Shown: positions 38,221 to 49,600 of the stretch, piece after piece
Layout: every line of letters begins with the position of its first letter
Position numbering within the stretch: position 1 is the first letter of the stretch
NCBI GenBank assembly: GCA_964199315.1
Contig: OZ116708.1
Location: forward strand, 21,390,001 to 21,454,000
DNA: 64,000 nucleotides
Source: Orbicella franksi
Lineage: Eukaryota
Reading direction: 5' to 3'
Notes under the pieces: model-generated
Told to the model about the DNA's origin: nothing
Seen by the model: the letters and a program-made list of their open reading frames with translations, nothing else
Databases searched by the model: none
Made by a program: the position numbers and the translations under genes

Positions 38221-41200
38221 TTAGTTCTTTTTCATTGAATTGAGGATTCTGAGGATTTCAATGAACAGGTTGATCATGTCCAGGTACAGGTTGATGGAAG
38301 CCAGGATGTACTCCTCGGGGGAGAGTTTGTGCATCAGCATGTGAGTGTCAAAGACAATGAAGGCCGAGAACAGCAGGGCACCAGCAATTGCATACAACAG
38401 CTCAAATGTCTCACTGTGGAAGAAAAACTGAAAGACAACAACAGAAAATAATGTACTGAAAATTAATTTTCCCATTTTGCTCTTTATGCTACTAACAGTG
38501 GATAAAGCTGGATTTAACACCATGAAACTCTTGTTCAGTGGCACAATAAAGCAATTTTTTCAATAATAAATTGTCAATTAATTAATTTTATTTAAAAAAA
38601 TAATTACTTGATTAATGAAATTTTCACATAATCTACCACATAATTCTTGAGGAATAAAATTAATTAGCCCCAGGCTACAACGTCAGGACTAACTAAGATG
38701 TACATACCCACAGTTAAACCCTGCTATTTCAAACTCTCAGGGGAAACAAAAAATAGTTCCAAATAGCGGGAGTTCAAAATAGCCGATAGTAAAATCACTA
38801 AGAGGCAAATTCAAGGGAAATGGTTTTAGTTCTAAATAACTGGGAATTTGAAACAACCAAGTTCAAATTAGCCACGTCAAACTGTATGTAGCTGAGTATG
38901 GTGGCCAAAACAAAACCTTCCATTAATCAACTTTGTCAATATTCTATGCTTAAAAAATTAATTACAAATAGATTAGCCCCTGGGTGATACTGAAACAACT
39001 ATCTTGTTTACTCTTGGCTTCTCAGTGAACTGAAGAGAACTTGAAGAATTTTAGATTTTAATTAATACCTGTAGTGTTGTTGACTCATGGACTAATACCC
39101 TTCACGAAATATCACGGGATAGTTCTATAAATTGTAGAAACTCAAACCAAGAGAAAATATTTTTGGTTTAATCAGTGTTTACCTGGAGAAACCCAGCTAA
39201 GATGAGGATCCACAGAAGGCTAAACAAGCTGTCAGAAAACAACACAAACACTGGTTACTCTTTGAATTCTCAAGAGATATCAGCAATTTAATGACATCTA
39301 CTGCATTCAAGGATGTGGAGGCGCAATGGCCTCATGTTTAGCGTGCTTATGTCCGGATCAAGCAGTCCAGGTTCGAGCCCTGGCCAGGGAAATTGTGTTG
39401 TGTTCTTGTGCGCACAAGACACTGCACTCACACAGTGCCTCTTTCCAGCCAGGTGTATAAATGGGTACCAGTGAATTTAATGCTGGGGGTAACCATGCAA
39501 TTGACTAGCAACCCATCCAGGGGGGAGTAGAAATATTCCTAGTCACCTGATGCTACAGAAATCGGAGATAAGCACTGGCCTAATGGGCCATATGGCTTGC
39601 ATGCAGACTTAACCTTTAACCTGTATAGCAAGGATACTATTGAAAAGACAATATGTATTGCTAAAGCCTTAAATCTGTACACCAAAATGACCTCAAAGTT
39701 CTATATGGAATAGCTCTAAATGTGATCTACATGTAGTTTAGTAGATACTTCAAGTCTAATTAATGAGCTTCATGGTTCATACAGTTTAATTATACTGAAG
39801 CAGTATTACATACTGTACACCTGAGTTCTGAACACTGGAAAGAGTAAACTTGCTGCGAGTCTACTTCTTCTTACTGTAGTGCACAAAATGAGTGAAGAAG
39901 TCTTCTCAAACTCATTAACAATTCATCAAGTTTAAACAAAGGAAGTCGTGACCATTACGATGTTTGCAAATCTGATCTTTATTAGCATAGATTTTTATGC
40001 TCTTATTTCTCTGTTTTCTCTTTAATTTTAGTTTTGATTGAGAAGATATATCAAACACTCAAGACAGTGTTTGGCCACATTTCCAAGCACCTTGAAGTTC
40101 GTCAAAAATACTCCACTGTGCGTCATATTTTCAACCCTCTTCTCAGTGTTTGGAAATGTGGTCAAACATTGTCTTTCATGTTCGATATATTACATGAAAG
40201 TACATGACTGATTTCTGAGCAACAATGGAAAAATGAACTTTGAGTCCTCAAGACTATCATTAGACAGAGTGAGAGAAGCACCCTTTTGCAAATGGCATTT
40301 TAGGAACAACACATACCCAGCTCCCCATGAACTGTAGTCCTTTTTGCTTTGCAGTGTGTACATTGTCAGCGCCATGGTGGTTGCCACAGTCAGCACAAAT
40401 GCTTCCAACACAAGTGCTTGGTCATAGAATGTCACTTTAACATAAAAAAATCAAATCAAATCTACAGTTCAACCCCTCCTAAATGGCCACCCCTAGGAAA
40501 ATGGATAGCAGCTGCCTAAAAGGAACTGGCTGCTTAATACAGCTGTAGCTCTACAGCTAAAAACAATAGAAAAGCCCTCATCGAGACTTTGATTACTGGC
40601 TGCCTAATAGGGGTGGCCATTTAATAGGTGGCCGCTTAATAGGGGTTGGACTGTGTATGCATTATTGATAAAATCACATTGTGCAGTGGAACCCAGTCTT
40701 ATGGCACTTGACCAGTCTTGAATTTACCAGTTTTACCACATAGAGATTAATTCATACACTAGCAACAGAAATGTACCAGGATTTATGGGACCAGCCCTGC
40801 TCTGCATTGACAGTCCTTACATCCTCCTTCAGTTTGGCAGTATTTTGTAACATTTAATAGGTAAACTAGTTTTTACGAAGTGAAGAACCAGTACTTACCC
40901 AATGTACCAACAGTGTATGCTTCTGTTAACGTCTGAAATGAGAAGTATGTTGAATTTATTTCATGTATCAAAATATCATGCAGAAGTTATGAAAGGGATC
41001 AACCCCAAGGCACATTACATAAAATACAGCAGGCAGGAAACCCCAATAGCCTGTATTTTACCAGCTTGGTTAGTGGTGCCAAGAATTATTAACTGTTAGA
41101 AAAAAAATTGAAACCCAACTAGGTTAAAAAAATCCAACTGAACTAGGGAGAAAAGCACTTTGACAGTGTGGTGGTGAATGCACCTTGTATGTCCACTCAA

Positions 41201-43393
41201 TACAAAGGTAAACATGACTAAAAGACTTTTTCTTTCCCTACGTACTGTAAATTATCAAGATTTCTGACATAAAAGTCACAGTTTTGTAACAGAACAAAGA
41301 GTTGCAGTGGCCTCATGGTTAGTGTGCTCGCCTCTGGAATGAGTGGTCTAGGTTCCAGCCTTGAGCGAAGAGGGCAAGACACTTTACTGTGACAGTGCTC
41401 CTCTCCACCCAGGTGTATAAATGGGTGCTTTGCGAACTTAATGCTGAGGGTAACCCTGTGATGGACTAGAATCCCATCCAAGGGGGAGTAGTAAAACTCC
41501 TAGTTGCTTCATGCTACTGAAATTGGGAGAAGCATTAGCCTAGTGGGCCACTTATTTCACATGTAAACTTTTATTTCACCTTGTTTTATAACAGAACACA
41601 ACAAAACTTCCCCAGGCAATAGGCTAGTCAAGTTTTCAAGCCCTGAAGACCCAAAAGAATTAGTCTGGACAAAGGTCTGACCATCAGACCCAGTACAGAC
41701 TTTGTGCTTGGTTATAAAATAGTTATACCATGAGAACTAGATACTTGACTGACAAGATTCAAACTGTGCAGAATTGCTCAGCTGTAAAAGATTGCATATC
41801 AAATGCTAATTATCTAGTACTTCATATGATTACCGAAAAATAATGAAACTCACAAAAGCCAACAGCAGGTACATATTTGTTGGGTGTTCCTTGCGTTTAA
41901 ACATCAGCCCAATCAACAGGCCAATAGAAAGAATGAAGGCCACCATCAAAAACTCTGGTCTACAAGAAAGATAAAGACTGTGTGGTAAACGAGGAAGTCC
42001 ATGTCAATCCCACAGACTGGAGTTTATATGGAGCTATTTATAACTATTTTTCATTCGCCGAATTCCCATCCCTTGGGTTAAATTGGCCACAAATACCCAG
42101 ACTTGGGTGATCAAATGCCCTTATCTCCTGGATATACCTGACAAAAAGGAGAAATGGCAAAGAAAGAGAACTTCACCTTCAATCACCTGTTTTGAACTCC
42201 CACTGTGTCCCAACAATAGCAAAGATAAGCATGATGTTTAAGGCAAAAGGTTAGAGCAAAATGAAACTTTTGCTGTCTGTCTTCAGCTGTTTGACTATGT
42301 GTGATTTTTTGTGTGATGCGTTTGCCATAAATTTGATGCTTGACCTCTCTAATAATTGTGAACATTTTGATACATCAACAAATTTTGACAAGCAAAATAT
42401 TTTGCCTTTGGATGTCTTCTAGCCTCACCACAATCTTGAGACAGCCCCACCATATTGTCCAAATCTACCTCCCCAATAACAAACATTGACTTTTAATTCT
42501 CTTTCCCTGTGGCACATCAACTAGTTGAACGCCCATAGCATGTCTGAAATGTACGTGTGTACATGTGTGTTGGGAGGGGCGGGGGGGGGGGGGGGAACGT
42601 GAAAGTTATGGTATGGTATTTGATCAATATTACCTTGCTTGTACAAAACCTTTGATGCTTTCTGTGTACATAAATATTCCCGCCACGATGATGGTAAGGG
42701 CAAGCTGGGCTGTGAGAATGCCATAAACCTTCCTTAGAAAACCTGCAATAGAACAAACAACCAAAACAAAAACAACTTAAATACATGTACCTTCCAAGAT
42801 ACTCTACACAAATATCATCTTTAATTTTAATAAAGTTCTAATGCAAGCCTGGACCTGTTTCTTTAGTTTCCAATTAAGTCTGCTCCATTTTTTCAGAAAT
42901 TTTTTTAAAATGCTTATTCACAAGCTTCAAAGGCGATGTAGTGAAAGATACATCATTTAATGATGTGCGTCCGAAAATAGAGTTTCCATTATTTATATTC
43001 AGGATTCGACATCAGATAATGTAACATTTACATTTTACACGTTACAAAACATTCGAAGATGTACAAATTCATTCCCTGACAGGACTTTTTAACCGTGTTC
43101 ATATGGTAGAGGATCTAAAACGAGCTTTTACGAAACAACTCAATGAAAGAAAGCCAATTTCTAAAGTTGCTTTCGATTTAAAACTTCCCTAGCAGAGAGT
43201 GACCATATTTCCTGATTAACGTATGTATGGGCTTTTGTGGTTTAGAATACAGAACGAATACTCCAAAATACAAACCAAGCCGAATCTTGATATTAGTCTG
43301 GGCAACCGTGACTCCATAAGTGAAATCGTCCTCCAAACTCGACAATTTTGACCCTCCAAACATAGCATTTGAATCCGTTTTGCCAGTCGCCAT
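38221..43393 (-). CDS. TMBIM4: Transmembrane BAX inhibitor motif-containing protein 4 (Lifeguard 4/GAAP), 245 aa
   Basis: Exons 43276-43393, 42634-42742, 41854-41959, 40899-40932, 40317-40434, 39183-39228, 38221-38427 (738 nt, phase-consistent); IRLGFLRKVYGIL, HKLSPEEYILASINLYLDMINLF signature. Confidence 0.95.
38711..38884. mobile_element. Short Tc1/mariner (Tigger-like) MITE
   Basis: cagttaaaccc...ctatttcaaac at left end, ttcaaattagc...aaactg-ta at right end. Confidence 0.5.
39317..39622 (+). mobile_element. tRNA-derived SINE
   Basis: A box-like tggcctcatgtttagc, B box ggttcgagccc, core ccaggtgtataaatgggtacc...gggtaacc..tg..at.gactagca.cccatcc; second copy at 41296-41575. Confidence 0.7.
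40465..40653. mobile_element. Tc1/mariner (Tigger-like) MITE
   Basis: ta-cagttcaacccctcctaaatggccacc ... ggtggccgcttaataggggttggactg. Confidence 0.6.
41296..41575 (+). mobile_element. tRNA-derived SINE, same family as 39317-39622
   Basis: gtggcctcatggttagtgtgc ... ctctccacccaggtgtataaatgggt ... gggtaaccctgtgatggactagaatcccatcc. Confidence 0.65.
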
Positions 43394-43687
43394 CTTGAAC
43401 GTCTGAAAATAAACCTCCGCAGCAAGAATTCACTGCGAAATAACGGAGCTATTGATTGGTTGGTTGAAGAGGAATAACCAATCGCCTCTCGCGTAAGAAA
43501 TTTCCTCAGTTACCCATTCCAAATATGGTGAGCTAAGTGCTTATCTCCGGCTGGAATTATGACGTCAATTCCAATGGCGCCATTTTTGTTGTCGGCGATT
43601 CAGGCAGCGTTTTGAATATTTTAATTTTTTCGCTACATTTCTTGCGGTAATCTCAACCGAAAAGCTGTTTCGATGCTCATTCAAACG
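43394..43687. promoter_or_regulatory. Bidirectional promoter region shared by TMBIM4 and PPP4R2
   Basis: Divergent ATGs 294 bp apart; ATTGG 43455-43459, CCAAT 43478-43482 and 43571-43575, perfect CRE TGACGTCA 43560-43567, YY1-like aatggcg. Confidence 0.65.
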
Positions 43688-46600
43688 ATGGAGAATAATG
43701 AGGAAATCCTTCAAGCGTTGCATGGTAAGTCTGACACACAAGATACGGCTTGTAAAAATAAAAATCCTGGCCGAATTTTCTAGACGAAGGTTTGTGATAT
43801 TCGTGTTGCTTTTGTTACAGAATTCGAGAACATGACGAATGCAGACAAAGTCCTTACACAAGAACTAGAGGATATGCTTTCCTACATTGCAAAGACTGGC
43901 AGGGTCTTGTAAGTACGGATCTGTCAAATATTCCATCATTTTGCGTGATGTCAAAAGTGTATACGCTTACCTTGGTTTAGATTTTCACTGATTAAGTTTA
44001 AAGGTCGGGTTTAAATTGATGGCGATCAAACTAATAAACTGAATTCGTTATCAACCCGGTAAATTTTAGGATATTTAAGCGCGATTATGCAACACAAACA
44101 GGGGTGTTTATTTACACGTGGTCAAGTCGCCAGCACTATAATTTTACTAAATCAATTTTGGTCATTTGAGAGTCATTTTCCTTCAATTAAACGCCGGCCA
44201 GCGGTTGTCATCGATGGATTGCGCAATAATTGTTACTAATTTTCATTTTGGGGATCAGGTGTCAGTAGGTACAAACATACTGTTGCTGAGACTTGCAGGG
44301 CCTTGTGTTTTTGCCATATATCACTAAGCAACATGAAGTGCCATACCTAGACTGTGCCATGTGTATATGATTGCACCATTTTCTCGCAAGTGCTTGCCTG
44401 AGAAATCTTTGCATTGCATTGTGTCGCTGGGCTGTCATCAATAAGAGTACAGACGGATAAAATTTTAATTTATGCAAGCTTTCAAGTTCAAATTTCAGCT
44501 GTCAAACTGTCAACTTTTTAACCAATGAGATTTTATGGACTTTTGTAAGTAGCCAATCAAAAAGCGAGAAAAGCTATTGACGATATTCGCATCATTTTGA
44601 ATAAAATTCACTTATCTTTGTTTATGGCAAGTTTATACGTCTTTTCCCCTCATTTATTCCTGGCATTTGACTAGCTTGGGGTCTTGTTATTGTAAAAAGC
44701 GAATTGACATCAGTTTTTTATGCGTGTGTCCTCTTGTTGATGATAAATTTCATCACAACATTGTCAATGTTTACTGCGGAACCACTCGCCTGTGGTTCGT
44801 TGTTCCACAGCCACTTTGACAATGTTATGCCGCAATTTATCATCAATAAGAGGACAGACATATACAATTTGTTGACTAGACCACAATCAGATTGATTTCA
44901 CATTCCTATTCCAGACTAGGCACCAAAAACCCCAATGCTATCCCAGACTAGCTATTTTCCATGCAGAAACTTTTCCCTTGAAAGTAGTTTCTGAATCATA
45001 TTGTAGGAGAAAAACTAGCAATAAGAAACAATGTTGAAACCTCTCCGAGATCATCTTCAAGTTCAAGAAACTTTATTACTATCGTATTCCAGTAAAATTT
45101 AATGTTACATGTAGCTAAACCAACCTCTTACAAAGTCACCTCCAAGTTTCAGTTCCTATTATAGAACCCCAAGTGAAGAGCCCTATTCTAGACTAAGTTA
45201 GTTTTATGCTGGCGACTTTTCCAGTCAATTATATCCTATTCTAGTCCAAAACTGTCTGATTTCTATACCCTATATCAGACCATACTGCCTGAAAACCATA
45301 CCCTTCACAGCGGCACATACCTAAATAGCTTATATAAGGGAGTACCCCCCCCCCCTCTCCCCCTACCTGCCACTCAGTGCTTGCACAACAGTGCTGTGTA
45401 ATCAGATAGTAGAATCAGACACTTTTTAAACATAGATGGTAAAGCTGGGCTGTGAGAGTCACTTAAACAAAGATAATAATCCATTATGGTGCTCTCTCGT
45501 GGTGTGAGCAAAGTCAACTTGTCTTAGTCATTTCAACTGGCAATGCTGTTAAAATGGATGGTTGCTCTCATGGATTTTCATGCATCATGGATTTATGATG
45601 TACCGGTAATGGGAATTTCAAAGAGCACTCAAGAAGCTGGAGTTGCTCTCAGCCATACTTTTCATTGAACAACTCTTACACTTCTTTCAAGCTCTTCAAA
45701 TGTCTTGCATGTGTAACGACTTGGTGATGCATGCTAAAGCATTAATTAATAGAATTTGTTAATTTATAATACGTGGTTTAAGGCAAATTTGCCCTAAATG
45801 GGACTTGTTCCCTTGACTGATTTATTGTCAGTGGTGTCTTCATGTGTGTGCAAGAGTCTTCTAAAACTGTACAAACCAGAGCAGAAGCTATTACTATAAA
45901 CACTACAGGGCAATTTTTTGTTATTACAAGTTACACAGTCAGGCATTTGATTGATTACTGGGTATTTGATTTTCAATTGATAGAACCCAGTCAAATGAAA
46001 GTAAGTCTGGGTTGGATCAAATTTTCTTTATTCCTGTTTCCTTAGGTTTCCTTGGGATTCATTAAAACCTGTGTTTCTGTTCAAACTTGACAAGGTAAGA
46101 CATGCAGTTATGATCATCAATTTGCAGTACCTTGATTCTCTGGGCTTACATCTCAGTATAGTTACCGGTAGTTAGAGCAGCGTTCGAGTGCTATGTTCTG
46201 AGCAGAGTCAACAAAGCATAGCCAATTTGGTTATTGTCGATTATGTCATTGTTTTTGTAGACACTAATACAATTTAGCATTCAATAATGATATTAGAAAG
46301 TAAAAAAAAATATATTTTCCTTTCAAGTGTATTGATTGTTTGTTCATGGGCCATGAGTGAATGTATGCAATGATAAGGGATTTAATCCCATACAACTGCC
46401 AGGATGTACATGTACTAGCTGAACAGGCATTTTTCTTAGCACGAAAACCATTTTCCTACTAGTCCAATTGAATTAATTAAAAATCCAAAATATTTAAAAC
46501 TTTCTATGATACGATCTCAAATTTTATGCAAAAAAACCTCCACTTTCCCAATTGAGGTTGACCAAACGCAAAACCTATTAGGCCCAGGCCATCAGACCCT

Positions 46601-49600
46601 ACTTTCTCTGCACGCTGCTCACAAATTTGCAATAGACCATTATGAGAGCCTAAATGTAATTAAGATCACAACCTTTGTTAAACTAACATAATCAGTAAAA
46701 TATTGCTGAACAAACTACAGCTCTTAAGAATTTTCCAGTACATGTATAGCTTTTGTTTCAGGGGCCATGTAGTTGAGTTTTAGTCACAGCATGTACTGCA
46801 CAGTGTATTATTAATAGCTTAAATTTATTTCTGTCAATAACAGAAATCACAGACTTTAAAGTTGAATTGTAGAAAATTTGATAAATTATGTGTACCTGTT
46901 GCCTACACTGTACATGTAACTCCTCAAGTCAGAGTGGTACATAAGACCTCCACATTTGTTCTCTATCGGCTTTGTCTTGCACTGCGGCATGCACAACCCT
47001 TACCCCTGGACTGCCACCAACTCTGGGCCTCTCCCTGTTCACTGTATGTCACCATGTTGTTTTTGGCTGACCTCTCTTTCTCTTTCCCTTGGGAGAGTGG
47101 AGCATTTCAGGGCTGTGATACGGCAATTGTCAGTTACTAGTCTGAAGATGTGTTCAAGGAATCTTGATGAGCTGTGGGTAAATGGTTTTGCACCAAGTAA
47201 TTTTGCTTGGACTTCCTGTTTCAAAATAACTAAGACTTCTTTGCAACCTTCACGTCTTTTACCAGGTCATGAGGGAATTTTTTGAGAGTAGCCCATCCAG
47301 GAATGCATCGTCCTCTGAGCCAACCGTTACAGCAGATTTTGAGGTCATGAGGCAAAGACTGTTGGACTGTCTGGATTCATTCACAAGGTTTAATGCAAAT
47401 CTACAACTATGTTTGTTGTGGTTCAATTCTTCCCTTGACACAATTTGGTAAAGTGTTCCTTTGTTTTGGTGTTTGGTAATACATGTACATTGTATACATT
47501 GCATGTATTATAATATAAATAAAACAAATGAAAATGCCGAATTTTACTAAGGGTAATATTGAACCACAACATATTTGTATGTGAAGGTGAATTAATCAAC
47601 ATGACACGAGCGTGGGACAAAGAAAAATTCTGAGTCCCCGACAGGAATCGAACCCATGACCTCCTGAACACCGGGTGGACGCTCTATCCACTGAGTTACG
47701 AGAACTCATGGAGAGCAAGGTCATTTAACTGAGTTCATATATGATATGAGTAGTGATAAGTTGATAAGTTATGAGTTATGAGTTCTCGTAGCTCAGTGGA
47801 TAGAGCGCCCACCCGGTGTTTGGGAGGTCATGGGTTCGATTCCTGTCGGGGACTCAGAATTTTTCTTTGTCCCACGCTCATGTCATGTTGATTAATTCAC
47901 CTTCACATTTCATTACCGAGCTTAAAATTCACCATCTTTATTAACATCACTTCTCATGATGAATTCGATAGCGTTGATCCTAGCAGTATGCAGGACACCT
48001 ATCATATATGAACTCAGTTAATTACCTTGCTCTCCATGAGTTCTCGTAACTCAGTGGATAGAGCGCCCACCCGGTGTTCGGGAGGTCATGGGTTCGATTC
48101 CTGTCGGGAACTCAGAATTTTTCTTTGTCCCATGCTCGTGTCATGTTGATTAATTCACCTTCACATTTCATTATCGAGCTTAAAATTCACCATCTTTATT
48201 AACTTATCACAACATATTTGTAAGTGATAATCAAGATGTGTAAATTCTAGAGCTCTGCAGATTTGGATGTCGTTGGTTTTTGTGTTGGAAATCTGGACAT
48301 ATGCAGCTGTACATGCACTCAATTTTTTTTTTTTTTCATCTAGGCTTACTATTATAATGTTTTCATGACACATGTAACTGGTCATGATGGATCATTAATA
48401 AATTATATGTATGTTAACTGTTATATCTTTATTTTATTTTTTTGTTATTATTATTACTTATTTTATGTATTATTTTTGTTCAGTGCACCATTCACCATTC
48501 AAAGACTTTGTGAGCTGATGATGGAACCACGAAAAAATTACAGCAACAGTGAAAAGTTTATGAGAGGAGTTGAAAAGGTGAGAGCCAGCTGAAATCCATG
48601 TTATTATTAGTGAAGAAATATATGTTATTTGCCAGTTAGGAGGTCTGTATAGTTAAAATCTGTGACCAAGGTCTGGGAAATGCTGCCCAAGGCTGTAGGC
48701 TAACGACAGCATTTTCAAGCCAGAGATCACAGATTTTCACGATACGGACTGACCGTAGCCAGCAAATAGCTTTTTGGTACAACTAGTCCCTGCAACTAGT
48801 CCTGTGAAGAGTTTACACAAAGGGACTTTGTCCCATGAACAGTTCACAGTTGAGGAACGAGGTACAGGGACTTGTCCTTAAAGCTGAAACAAGTTTAAAT
48901 TTGTGGGACTAGTTGCAGGGACCAAATTTTAGTCCCTGCGACTAGATTTTGCGGCAAAAATGGTTATTTCACACGATGGGACTTGTCCATGCGACTTGCA
49001 GGGACTATTCGCAGGGAGTAGTCCTGTCGTGTATGCTGACCTTTAATTTCTCAAACCACTTTAATTTACATAATTAATTGTTGACTTTTTCCACACACAC
49101 ATTGTGTGTGCATTGCCATGACCATGGGCAGGGATAGGAAAATCCAAACTGCACTAAAAACCAATCAGACTGCAGGATTCATTGCTATACCCTCTTGGAA
49201 ATAAATAAAATGTATTCTTTCAGCTGTGACACCAGATCTCACGAAATTGAGTTCAGACAAGAGTTCACAGATAAGTGTAAGACGAGAGCATTGAACAACT
49301 TTTCTTTGATTTTTAGAATGTTCTTGTGGTTAGTACTGTTGAGCTTGGCAGGGATGACATTACTACGTGAGTATTGTGCTAATCATTTAGCAATTTCTGT
49401 TTATTATTTCCATCCAGTGTCTCATGGCTACCTAAAGGGGAAGGGGCCAGGGTGCGACAAAAATGGTGTCCACTTACCCACTTGTCCCTTGGACAAGTAA
49501 ATCTTCCAAAAATGATGTCAAATAATGTGTGAAACCTTCGGCAGAAAACACTGCTCAGGTGAATGTGAAAAAAAAAATATGTGGCAACCCAATTATACGA

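Noticed and set aside
45436-45458. gatggta-aagctgggctgtgaga matches TMBIM4 exon 2 (~42690-42717) with a 5-nt gap
   Set aside because: Too short to separate from chance in a 64-kb window; no flanking homology
47780-47856. Functional tRNA gene
   Set aside because: The anticodon arm is degenerate (no U33, mismatched stem) and the head is part of a tandem repeat; treated as a tRNA-derived repeat
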